A DNA stretch of 31,197 nt from Candidatus Cloacimonadota bacterium. Lineage in GTDB: Bacteria > Cloacimonadota > Cloacimonadia > Cloacimonadales > WRIO01. Positions 18,641-28,440 of the stretch are shown here, piece after piece. The first letter of the stretch is position 1. Each line of letters begins with the position of its first letter. A program made the position numbers and the translations under genes. Below the pieces are notes generated by a model. It made no database searches, was not told the origin of the DNA, and was given only the letters and a program-made list of their open reading frames with translations. The stretch spans positions 1 through 31,197 of the forward strand of contig JAKQQL010000291.1 in assembly GCA_029564175.1 (NCBI GenBank). The letters run 5' to 3'.

Positions 18641-21600
18641 GTGAAAAAGATAATTCTTTTTCTATTTGCATTACTTATTATCAATTGCATTTATGCAGAG
18701 CCAATAAGTGGGCAGATACTGGTAGGTGGGTTACTCGCACATTATGAGACTTTACAGGAAGCGGTAAATGCTATTACAGAAAATGGCATTTCAGGAGACA
18801 TTGAAATTTTAACCAACGATCAGATGACTTTCAATCAAGCACTTCATATCGCAGGGCTTAATCAGGAAGGCATCTTTAACATCACAATTAATGCAAAACC
18901 TCAAGGGTTAAACCGATCCACATTTGTTAATGATTCAGCTAATTCATGGGAATCAAATTATATTTTTAAAATTGAAAACAGCAAAAACATTAAGATAACA
19001 GGAGCCAGATTTGAAGCAATTGCTTCAGGATATGGCAATATGATTGTTATGAACAGCGGTTGTGAAAATATTGAAATTGATGACTGTGTATTTGATGGAG
19101 CAGATGTTTATAGTTCTTCATATCATAGTTCTATCAGAATAAACGGAGGGACTACTCCCATTATCAGAAATGTTATCATAAAAAACTCAGTCTTTAATGA
19201 TAATGCTTACCATATTGATATTAACAGTAGTTCATATATTAACAACATCAATACAGTCAGCATAACAAACAACTCATTTTCAGATGCATATTCAGCAATA
19301 AGTATTGTTAGATGTATTAATGCGACTATTAGAGGAAACATAATAAATCAGTCAGGTAGTGGTATTTCTTTAACTGAATGCACCGGTAGTCTTGATATAG
19401 GACACAACAGAGTGAATGCTTGGGGAGCAGGGATTAGCTTATCTTCTTATACCTCAGATTACTATTCAAAAAATGTTTACAACAATATCATTTCAGTTAA
19501 CGGATATAATAATTATTATAACAGTTATACCAGTGAAGCAGTTGGAATCAGTTTTAATGCAAGCAACTTAAATGTAATCCATAATTCAATCATCAACTAT
19601 TCTAATAATAGTTGGTCAAGAGCTTTAGCATTTTCAGGGACTGATAATGTTATAAAAAACAATTCCATAATTAGTTATAGCAGGGATGCTTATGCTTTAA
19701 CAGCAACGCATATTGATCCTGAGGCTTCAAATAGAAATATTCTTGAAAATAACAATATCTACTCACGGGCTGTGAATCTAATCAGAGTTTCAAATACTTA
19801 TTATAAAACACTTGAGGAATTTTATGCAGCGCATTTCCCAAGCACAAATACCAATAATATCAGCATTGATCCGATGTTTGTCAATAACAGTGAAGATCAG
19901 ATTACAGAATCGCTTCGTATTGATAACAAAGGGATTTATGTAGAAGGTTTTGATCTTGATTTTAATGGTCAGACAAGAGATACAAACAATCCAGATATAG
20001 GGGCTATAGAATTTACGGGTAATCCAGCTTATACACCAATGTCTGGTCAATACTGGGTAGGTGATGGTCCTGGTTATCCCTTCTCAACTTTGCAACAGGC
20101 ATTGGATATGTTAATGATCAGAGGTGTCGATGGTCCCACTTTGATAAAGTTGGATCGTCTCGATGGTGATTTTACTGAACAACTTGAGTTACTGACAGTT
20201 CCAGGAACAAGTTCGCAAAACATTGTCAGATTTGAATCTTCTCAAAATCATTATATCGCCAATAGAATCATTGCAACAGGCACTCAGGAAAAGCCTTATC
20301 TCTTTAAAATTGGTAAAGTTAAGCATATACAGTTCAAAGATATCGCTTTTAATAATGAGAGTAATGAATATGGTAATGCGTTTTATTTTGACTCCTATGC
20401 GACTCATATTTTGATTGAAAACTGTAGAATTACTCAAAGTGTAATTCAATCAACAGGATATAACAACAATAATATCTGTTTTACTGATAAATCAAAAATT
20501 GAAGATATCTCCATTTTAAACTCAATGTTTACGCATGGCACCAGTGGAATCGCTTTTCAGAACTCAGTCAGTTCAGATGTCATTATTACTGGATGCGAAT
20601 TTAACCTGCACAGTACATCTATTAATGCCTATACGGTGAAAAACCTGTTGATTTCAAATAATTCTATTAACTCTTTTACAAATACCGGAATTAATGCTTC
20701 TCATTGTTTAAATACAATTATTGAAAAAAACAGGATAATCGGGACAGGAAAAGGTATTGAGTTTGTTGCTGGTACTGCTCAAAGCTGGGAATCAGGCACT
20801 TACTATCCCAATTTGATTGCCAATAATATTATCAAAGGGAATAATGGAATTTCTGTTGGCGGGAATTATATTGATATTATTCATAACAGTATTGATGTAA
20901 AAGGCGCAAACAGCAGTGGATTTTATCAGTACAATCAGTCTCAGTATCTGAATTTCTTTGCAAATGCAGTAAGAGCTGAGAAGTTTGCTGTAGAAATTGC
21001 TCATCCGGTTGATTCTGAAAATTTCAGTATGAGTGGCAATGCCTATTTTGTTGATGGTGCTTATTTTGTAAAAGTTGGAAGCAGTTACTATTATACGATT
21101 AATGAATGGACTTATGCAGATTCAGGAATAAATGCTTTCTCAATAGAAGCCGATCCTTTGTTTACAGAAGAGGCCTATACAACATCACCATTAATGTATA
21201 GCAGAGGTGTTGGTTCTTCTCGAATAACAGATGATATTGATGGTAATATTCGTGATATGTTTGCTGATATTGGGGCTAATGAACATAGTCCTGGCATTCC
21301 ACCTGCGTTTTATCAGGCTTTTGATAAAGTATTAAGCGTTGGACCTGGAAAAGAATATGAAACTTTACAGTCTTGCTTTGATGATTTAAAACGCTTTGGA
21401 TTTTTCAGATGGAACAGTGAACAGAATCATCTCGATACCCTGAAGATTAAGGTTGATGCGGGCATCTATTCAGGCTATACAACGCTTAATCATATTCCCA
21501 GAGACTGGAATGAAATAGAACATTTAGGTCAGTCATGGTTAGTGATAGAACCTGCAAATCCAGAGGATGAAGTTATTTTTACCTATGGTGATGAGAATCC

Positions 21601-24600
21601 AGAAAACAAATCTCTGCTGACAATCAACGGAGCCAGCAGATTTATTATCAGAGGCATTCAATTTAAAAATAACTCAATCCAATATAATAAAATGATAAGC
21701 TTTAAAGGCAGAGGAAAAAACTTCGAGTTTAACAGCAATCATTTCGAGATTGCACAAAATCTGACCTATTCCGATGCAATCTATATGGAGAATGCCTTTT
21801 ATCTAAATTCAAAGTATAAATACAACCAATTTCAAAATGGCCGTTATGGTACATACCTGAGAACAGGCTATTATTTGCCTGAAAGTAAAAGTGTGGAAAT
21901 GTCATACAATACCTTTGACGGGACTGACTACCCAGTCAATCTTTATAATATTGATCAAAATATTTTCTACAAAAACACTTTTACAAATTTCTATATTGGT
22001 ATTCAGGCTGATCAGACTGAAGGGTTGTTTAACATTATGAATAATACCTTTAACTCTGATCGTAATTCTTCTTCAGGAACCAGAGCATTACACTTAGGGA
22101 GATTGAATGCGAATTCAGAAGACGACAGGCTTTATGTACAGACAAATGTAATAAACATCAATAATACAGGCATTTATACTTCTTATGCTGCTGTTATTGA
22201 TCAGTGTAATGGGGCAAGTATCTCAAACAACAATTTTATTATGACTCAGTCTTCTGTATTAAATACTTCTGCTCCTCTTTATTTTACAGGATCAGCTTCC
22301 GATGTCAGATTTTTCAACAATATTGTTGCTGGTTTTGATAAATCCAGAGCAATAGATTTCAATACTTATTCTGACAATTATTTCTCTCAGATCTCTAATA
22401 ACTGTTACTATTCTGAAGCAACTGTATTTTCAAAATATAATAATGTCATTTACAGAAGTTTTGACCGATTCAAAGAGGCTTATCCTGATTTAGTATCAAA
22501 TAGTTTTGTAGCCTATCCTTTCTTTGATGAGTCAAACTATGCACAGAATAATTTTCTAAGATTAAAAGGATTGCCTCCACAAATAGGACAGGGTCATAAT
22601 GGATTACAGCTGTATTATGATCTTGGCGCAACAGCAGTTATTACTGACCCTGTAGAACCTTTTTCAGGGACTATTCAGCTGGAATCAAATCAGGGGTTTA
22701 TGTCCGTTTATGAAGATTTGATGAAAAGGGGTATCAACGGGCCTGTTGAGATTGCATTACAGAATACAGAGTTAAATGCTCAATTTACATTACGTCATAT
22801 TCCTATACTGTCAGAGAATGCTTCAATCAAAATTAAATCAACCGGAAATGTCGGATATGCTGATATTAGATTTAATGCTGATTCAGTTCAAACTAACTTT
22901 GTCTTTAAAATCATGGGTGTAAAAAATCTGACTTTATCCGGACTGAGAATGGAAAGCCAGGGTGAGGTTTATAGCAGTGTGATGAATCTTCATGGATACA
23001 ATGACAATCTAACTATTGATAATTGCATTTTAGCGGGTCAGGATGTTCCCTCTTATTCATCAAATAAAGATTTAGCCCTGATAAATGCGGTGTATCATTT
23101 CTCAAATCATCTGACTTTGAAAGACAACACTTTTTATAAAGGGTCATTTGCAATGGTTAATGAGTATCTTAATTCTGAAGTTACGACATCAGACATGATA
23201 AGCATACAGAATAATACATTTAATGAAAATTCATATGGTGTTGATTTCCAAAAATTAAATCGCATTGACATTGAAAACAACCGATTCCATCTGATGAAGA
23301 ATACCGCTATCCGTTTAGGATATACGACAGGTTCTTTGAAGATTATGAACAACTATATTGACTATTTAGCAGGGAATGGAATTTACCTGTATCATTCAAA
23401 CAGTGACAGTACAAAAGTGATTGCCAATAATTCACTTAGAACCTATGGTACTGGCAGTAATTTACAGGAAAATGTCAGATTAGAAAATATTAATTATTTG
23501 AAGGTATATCATAATACTTTCAGACATAATACAGGCATTAACACTTCTACATTTATGGCAAACGGTTCAGTCGCTAACCTTGAATTTGTGAATAATATCG
23601 TTTACAAACAAAACAATGGTTATGCTGCAACCTTCCAGAACACAGTTGGGGTTGATGCAACATCCCATAATATCTTTTTCAATGCACAAGGACCCAATGT
23701 GATTAATTGGGGAGGTCAGAATATCAACAGTACAGAAGATTTTGCAAATTATGGATTACATCACAATTCTCAAGTTGCAAACCCTCTTTTTGTCGATATT
23801 ACAAACAATCTGCAGGCAGATTCTCCAGCAATTGATTCTGCTACGCTTATCAACTGGCTCAATACAGATATTGATGGAAATAGCAGAGGTGAAATGCCTG
23901 ACAGAGGAGCACATGAATATGTAATCCCGGTTTTTAATCCACCTCTTAACCTGACCGCTGTTCCCGGATACAACAAAGTGGTATTAAACTGGACAGATCC
24001 TGAGGGATTAATGCCTGCCGGATTTAATATCTTCAGAAATGATATTCAGATCAATAGTGAAATAGTTACGCTTAATACTTTTACGGATAATATTGTTTCT
24101 TCAGAAGAACAAAGCTATTACGTAACAGCTGTTTATGTCAATCCTTATCAGGGAGAGTCAGAACCATCAAATACGGTAACTGCTACACCAATAACTCCTG
24201 TATTTCCTTCTCCAAACAACTTAAATGCAAATGCATACTATAATAGGATTGCTCTTGTCTGGCTTCCACCAATTATCATCCCTCAAGGCAGTGATTTTTC
24301 TGCAAAGAAATTGACAGATAGCCGTTTATCTTCAAATTCCAAGATGAAGCAAAGAAACGAAACGCTTAATCTGGTTAACTATAAAATCTATCGTAATGGA
24401 GAATTCCTTGCTGAAACGACTATTCATGAATATGAGGATACGAATATTGTTCCTGGGACATTATACTCCTATTACATTACAGCTGTATATGAAGATCCGG
24501 ATGGAGAATCAGCACCTTCAGCTTTAGTAAACATTATGTCCTTAACTCCTGATTTCTTAGCGCCAGAAAATCTCATTACTAACCCTGGTATCAATCAAAT

Positions 24601-26755
24601 CACATTGAACTGGCAACACACTCACCATGGCAGTATCAGACAAATCAGAAGTATTGTAAGTAATAAAAAAGAGCGCTTGCAGAGAGATGATAGCATGATC
24701 CTCTCAGGCTATAATATCTATCGGAATGATATTCAGATAAATACACAATTAATAACGGCTTTAACTTATACGGACAATAATGTTCAGTTTGGACAAAACT
24801 ACAATTATTATGTTACCGCTGTTTATTCATATCCTGCAGGAGAATCAGGTTCCTCAAATGTTGTATCTGCAACTCCTCTTCCAGCTTCATTCTCAATATC
24901 CTTAAGTGCTAATCCTGAAAATAGTGGTCAGATTTCTGGTGAAGGAATGTACGAACAAGGCAGTCAGGTTTCTGTTACTGCAACTGCAAATCAGGGATAT
25001 CAGTTTGTTAACTGGTTTGAACAGACTGGCAGAAATACAGAGACACATGAAGTTTTTGTCAAAAACAGACAATCTATAAGACAGGTTAGCAACAGAAATA
25101 TCGTGTCAACGGATTCAATATATACTTTTGTTATGCCTGGCAATAACAGAGTCCTTGTAGCTAATTTTGAATTAAAAACATACCACCTTCACTTAGTCGT
25201 CAATCCTGCTAATGCCGGTTCCGTCTCAGGCCCTGCAACCTTTAATTATCAGACAATCATCAATGAAAATGATTTAACAATAGAAAATATAGGCGGTTGG
25301 CTGTTTACAGGCTGGACAACAGATCTGGAAGGTAATAATCCTGTCACATTCCCTGTAACGATGCCAGCAGAAGATGTTACCTGGTACGCACAATTTGAGT
25401 TAATCCCTTACAATGTCGTATTGACAGCGGTTCCTGCAAATGGCGGAACACTTAATGGAGCTGATCAGTATGTACTGGGTGATAGCGTAACTGTATCTGC
25501 AAGTGTAAACACGGGCTTTGAATTCGTCAACTGGTCTTTAACTGAATCTCGTAATCATCATCAAAAGCTTCGTGAGGTTGTCAGTACAGATTCTGTATTT
25601 ACATTCTCAATGCCGGCACATGATGTATTTTTAACTGCTAATTTCCAGATGATCAATTACAATCTTAACTTAGTTGCTAATCCTGCTAATGCCGGATCAG
25701 TCTCAGGTCCTGCAACCTTTAATTATCAGACAATCATCAATGAGAATGATTTGACAATAGAAAATGAAGCAGGCTGGCAGTTTACAGGTTGGACAACAGA
25801 TCTGGAAGGTAATAATCCCGTCGTATTCCCTGTAACGATGCCAGCAGAAGATGTTACCTGGTACGCACAATTTGCTCAAAATGAGTATCAGGTTAATTTA
25901 AATATATTGCCATTTAACTCCGGTAGTGTAACAGGCTCAGGAAATTATCTTTACGGTGAAAGTGTAACAATCTCAGCTATTCCAGCTGAAGGATACCGCT
26001 TTATTCACTGGGCGACAACTGAGATAGACGGTAGATCTGTTATAAAGAAAAAAGTTCAAAATAACACAGGTAAAACAACACTTCCAGAGAGAGAAATTGT
26101 ATCAACGGATTCTGTTTATACCTTTACAATGCCATCTGATAATGTTTACTTGACAGCTCATTTTGAGTTTATCCCGGTATATAACTCACCCGTAAATCTT
26201 TCTGCTGTTATTGAATCAAACAGTATCATACTGAGCTGGGAGAGTCCACAAGATATTCCTGAGCAGATGACATTATCAGGATATAAGGTTTATCGAAATA
26301 ATGTGGTTATATCTGAACTTATTCAAAACACAGAATATGAAGATACAGCGCTGGAGTCAGAAAATACATATTCATATTATGTTACAGCAATATATGTGAG
26401 CCCTGACGGAGAATCAGCCCCTTCAAATACTATTGTTGTAGAATATAACAATAGTCATGACACAACAGTCTTGCCAGCTATCACAAAACTAAATCATAAC
26501 TATCCTAATCCATTCAACCCTGAAACAACGATTAGCTTTAGTCTTGCAGAAGACAGTAAGGTGTTAATCGAAGTGTATAATGCCAAAGGAAGAAAAGTCA
26601 AGACATTAACAGACAATGCATTTAAACGCGGTAATCATCAGATTATCTGGAATGCAAAAGATGACAATGGCAGAGAATTAAGCAGTGGGATGTATATATA
26701 TCGCATGAAAACTAATAAAAAAGTAGAAAGCAAGAAAATGATGCTGATCAAATAA
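18641..26755 (+). CDS. ~2700-aa secreted protein: signal peptide, four tandem right-handed beta-helix modules, 3 FN3, about 5 InlB-B-like repeats, FN3, C-terminal FlgD-Ig/T9SS-type-A-like sorting domain
   Basis: GTG start after AAAGGAG; KKIILFLFALLIINCIYA signal; Asn-rich I.NN.F/I repeats; modules end in D..G..R...DxGAxE-type motifs (the third is degenerate); Y.IYRN...Y.YYVTAVY FN3 repeats; GY.F..W repeats; NYPNPFNPETTISF...KKMMLIK terminus. Confidence 0.88.
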   Translation: MKKIILFLFALLIINCIYAEPISGQILVGGLLAHYETLQEAVNAITENGISGDIEILTNDQMTFNQALHIAGLNQEGIFNITINAKPQGLNRSTFVNDSANSWESNYIFKIENSKNIKITGARFEAIASGYGNMIVMNSGCENIEIDDCVFDGADVYSSSYHSSIRINGGTTPIIRNVIIKNSVFNDNAYHIDINSSSYINNINTVSITNNSFSDAYSAISIVRCINATIRGNIINQSGSGISLTECTGSLDIGHNRVNAWGAGISLSSYTSDYYSKNVYNNIISVNGYNNYYNSYTSEAVGISFNASNLNVIHNSIINYSNNSWSRALAFSGTDNVIKNNSIISYSRDAYALTATHIDPEASNRNILENNNIYSRAVNLIRVSNTYYKTLEEFYAAHFPSTNTNNISIDPMFVNNSEDQITESLRIDNKGIYVEGFDLDFNGQTRDTNNPDIGAIEFTGNPAYTPMSGQYWVGDGPGYPFSTLQQALDMLMIRGVDGPTLIKLDRLDGDFTEQLELLTVPGTSSQNIVRFESSQNHYIANRIIATGTQEKPYLFKIGKVKHIQFKDIAFNNESNEYGNAFYFDSYATHILIENCRITQSVIQSTGYNNNNICFTDKSKIEDISILNSMFTHGTSGIAFQNSVSSDVIITGCEFNLHSTSINAYTVKNLLISNNSINSFTNTGINASHCLNTIIEKNRIIGTGKGIEFVAGTAQSWESGTYYPNLIANNIIKGNNGISVGGNYIDIIHNSIDVKGANSSGFYQYNQSQYLNFFANAVRAEKFAVEIAHPVDSENFSMSGNAYFVDGAYFVKVGSSYYYTINEWTYADSGINAFSIEADPLFTEEAYTTSPLMYSRGVGSSRITDDIDGNIRDMFADIGANEHSPGIPPAFYQAFDKVLSVGPGKEYETLQSCFDDLKRFGFFRWNSEQNHLDTLKIKVDAGIYSGYTTLNHIPRDWNEIEHLGQSWLVIEPANPEDEVIFTYGDENPENKSLLTINGASRFIIRGIQFKNNSIQYNKMISFKGRGKNFEFNSNHFEIAQNLTYSDAIYMENAFYLNSKYKYNQFQNGRYGTYLRTGYYLPESKSVEMSYNTFDGTDYPVNLYNIDQNIFYKNTFTNFYIGIQADQTEGLFNIMNNTFNSDRNSSSGTRALHLGRLNANSEDDRLYVQTNVININNTGIYTSYAAVIDQCNGASISNNNFIMTQSSVLNTSAPLYFTGSASDVRFFNNIVAGFDKSRAIDFNTYSDNYFSQISNNCYYSEATVFSKYNNVIYRSFDRFKEAYPDLVSNSFVAYPFFDESNYAQNNFLRLKGLPPQIGQGHNGLQLYYDLGATAVITDPVEPFSGTIQLESNQGFMSVYEDLMKRGINGPVEIALQNTELNAQFTLRHIPILSENASIKIKSTGNVGYADIRFNADSVQTNFVFKIMGVKNLTLSGLRMESQGEVYSSVMNLHGYNDNLTIDNCILAGQDVPSYSSNKDLALINAVYHFSNHLTLKDNTFYKGSFAMVNEYLNSEVTTSDMISIQNNTFNENSYGVDFQKLNRIDIENNRFHLMKNTAIRLGYTTGSLKIMNNYIDYLAGNGIYLYHSNSDSTKVIANNSLRTYGTGSNLQENVRLENINYLKVYHNTFRHNTGINTSTFMANGSVANLEFVNNIVYKQNNGYAATFQNTVGVDATSHNIFFNAQGPNVINWGGQNINSTEDFANYGLHHNSQVANPLFVDITNNLQADSPAIDSATLINWLNTDIDGNSRGEMPDRGAHEYVIPVFNPPLNLTAVPGYNKVVLNWTDPEGLMPAGFNIFRNDIQINSEIVTLNTFTDNIVSSEEQSYYVTAVYVNPYQGESEPSNTVTATPITPVFPSPNNLNANAYYNRIALVWLPPIIIPQGSDFSAKKLTDSRLSSNSKMKQRNETLNLVNYKIYRNGEFLAETTIHEYEDTNIVPGTLYSYYITAVYEDPDGESAPSALVNIMSLTPDFLAPENLITNPGINQITLNWQHTHHGSIRQIRSIVSNKKERLQRDDSMILSGYNIYRNDIQINTQLITALTYTDNNVQFGQNYNYYVTAVYSYPAGESGSSNVVSATPLPASFSISLSANPENSGQISGEGMYEQGSQVSVTATANQGYQFVNWFEQTGRNTETHEVFVKNRQSIRQVSNRNIVSTDSIYTFVMPGNNRVLVANFELKTYHLHLVVNPANAGSVSGPATFNYQTIINENDLTIENIGGWLFTGWTTDLEGNNPVTFPVTMPAEDVTWYAQFELIPYNVVLTAVPANGGTLNGADQYVLGDSVTVSASVNTGFEFVNWSLTESRNHHQKLREVVSTDSVFTFSMPAHDVFLTANFQMINYNLNLVANPANAGSVSGPATFNYQTIINENDLTIENEAGWQFTGWTTDLEGNNPVVFPVTMPAEDVTWYAQFAQNEYQVNLNILPFNSGSVTGSGNYLYGESVTISAIPAEGYRFIHWATTEIDGRSVIKKKVQNNTGKTTLPEREIVSTDSVYTFTMPSDNVYLTAHFEFIPVYNSPVNLSAVIESNSIILSWESPQDIPEQMTLSGYKVYRNNVVISELIQNTEYEDTALESENTYSYYVTAIYVSPDGESAPSNTIVVEYNNSHDTTVLPAITKLNHNYPNPFNPETTISFSLAEDSKVLIEVYNAKGRKVKTLTDNAFKRGNHQIIWNAKDDNGRELSSGMYIYRMKTNKKVESKKMMLIK
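25191..25874 (+). repeat. Recent intragenic duplication: ~207-bp direct repeat (25191-25397 and 25668-25874), offset 477 bp
   Basis: Near-identical DNA encoding NPANAGSVSGPATFNYQTIINENDLTIEN...DVTWYAQF twice. Confidence 0.92.
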
Positions 26756-26788
26756 TGCTTTATACCCTAAACCATTAAATCTTAAAAT

Positions 26789-26812
26789 CGGAGCAGAAAT
26801 GCTCCGTTTTTT
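26789..26812 (+). terminator. Intrinsic terminator after the giant gene
   Basis: CGGAGCA-GAAA-TGCTCCG followed by TTTTTT. Confidence 0.9.
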
Positions 26813-26859
26813 ACATTTTAATTTTCATTGAACGTTTCTGACATACATAACGAAACATT

Positions 26860-26991
26860 CTTGAGTATTGAAGCCAGAATTGCTCTGGAAAATGTTTTGC
26901 TTGATTATCCAGGAACAATCGTCTTTTTTCTCACGACTAAACATTTATCAAGAATCTGGCAACGCTGATGATCGTATTGAATGAGTTCTAA
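26860..26991 (+). pseudogene. Decayed copy of the 3' end of the ABC-F gene
   Basis: 26866-26965 aligns with 18156-18256, with about 15 substitutions and one 1-bp deletion by hand count. It reads IEARIALENVLLDYPGTIVF/SHD*TFIKNLAT. Confidence 0.88.
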
Positions 26992-27090
26992 ATTCATGTT
27001 AGAAATTAAGTTAAAGACCTTTTTTATATCATTGTGAGTTGAAATGTACAAACAGAAATGGCAGTCATTGACTTCCTTTCTATATTCAGT

Positions 27091-28377
27091 TAGAGATAGG
27101 ACACTATTTATGGTTCAGGATGAGCTGGCTACTAACCATAAAAATTTTCCACCTTTCAAAACCAGTTGTAATAAAGGAGAACAACTATATTAAAATCATT
27201 CGTAATCGGGAAAGAAGAAAGGTGTTGCACATAAACCAATAAGTATTTTTTTGGAAAAACCGATTCTCAACTTTTTTATAAAAGGAGTCGGTGTTTTACA
27301 AAAAAAATACAACATCTTCAGAAAAGGTGGTTTTGTGTCAGGTAACAGATGTATGGAAGTTAAACGATTGTTCACAAAAGACATTATCATTCAATATAGA
27401 TTTAATATGGTTGCTTATGCTCTAAAACATAATATAAGTAAAAAAGCTGTTGAATTTAAAACAACTCGTAAAACAGTCAGGAAATGGGTAGACTCATACA
27501 AAAAGGATCATGAAAATAGATTAAGGAACAAATCCAGACTTAACCAGAAACACCCAAATAAGTTTCCAGATGTTGTTTTAGAAGGGATCATTCAATATAG
27601 GAAAAGAACTCAATTAGGAGCATATTACATTAAAGACAATTTAGATTTAAAGTGTTCTCAGAAAACTATACATAAGAAAATAAAGCAGGCTGGTTTGCTT
27701 GTAAAAAATAAGTCAAAATATAAAAAGAAAAGAGATATGAATGCATTCAGAGAAAAATATAAACCTCTGGAAAAGAGACGGATTGATGTTAAATATCTTA
27801 CTGATATCCCAAAATATCAGATAACAGTCAGAGACTATAGAAATGGTTCTACTTTTATAGGCTTTACTAACCATAAGGACTCAACAAGTATCGGAATATT
27901 TACGGAATATCTTATATCAAGTCTCAAAAGCAGAGGTGTAGAAATTTCAAATACTCACTTTCAATCTGATAATGGCAGTGAGTTTAGAAATATATCGAAG
28001 AAAGCAGGGAAAAAGTCTATGTTTGAAGAAATTATTGAAAGAAATAATTTGAATAATATCTATAACCCTCCGGTAAGTCCTACTTTAAATAGTGATGTTG
28101 AAAGTTTTCATGAAAGAATTGAAAAGGAGTTATACAATATTGAGAATTATGAATCAGAATCTCATTTTTATTATAAGACTAATGCTTACTTGATGTGGTA
28201 CAATATATTTAGAAAGAATCGTAATAAGGGGCATAAGTCTCCTTTAATGATCTTAAAGGTGCATAACATTGAAAATGCCAAAAAAATTGTTACTATACCT
28301 CCCATTTTTGTTGACAATTATGTTAAAGACATTATTTTGATTAAACAAGGGGGATACTTAAAATGGTTATCTCCCAA
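27091..28377 (+). mobile_element. IS481-like insertion sequence (ends approximate)
   Basis: Contains a DDE transposase. Only a short imperfect inverted match is visible (GAGATA at 27093-27098 versus TATCTC at 28368-28373), and no TSD was seen. Confidence 0.5.
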
Positions 28378-28399
28378 TGATTTTCACATTCCTTCTTGA
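27335..28399 (+). CDS. IS481-like DDE transposase (HTH + rve integrase core), possibly with an internal deletion
   Basis: TRKTVRKWV HTH; catalytic IDVK / QSDNGSEF / DVESFH. Likely start GTG 27335 (AAGGTGG RBS) or ATG 27353. Confidence 0.8.
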   Translation: MSGNRCMEVKRLFTKDIIIQYRFNMVAYALKHNISKKAVEFKTTRKTVRKWVDSYKKDHENRLRNKSRLNQKHPNKFPDVVLEGIIQYRKRTQLGAYYIKDNLDLKCSQKTIHKKIKQAGLLVKNKSKYKKKRDMNAFREKYKPLEKRRIDVKYLTDIPKYQITVRDYRNGSTFIGFTNHKDSTSIGIFTEYLISSLKSRGVEISNTHFQSDNGSEFRNISKKAGKKSMFEEIIERNNLNNIYNPPVSPTLNSDVESFHERIEKELYNIENYESESHFYYKTNAYLMWYNIFRKNRNKGHKSPLMILKVHNIENAKKIVTIPPIFVDNYVKDIILIKQGGYLKWLSPNDFHIPS

Positions 28400-28440
28400 C
28401 AAAGTCACTGTATTTTGCAAAATATGTTAAAAAGGAGTGG

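Noticed and set aside
27060..28395. Target-site duplication or long terminal inverted repeats for the IS
   Set aside because: Only a 6-bp inverted match was found and no flanking direct repeat, so the ends are left approximate.
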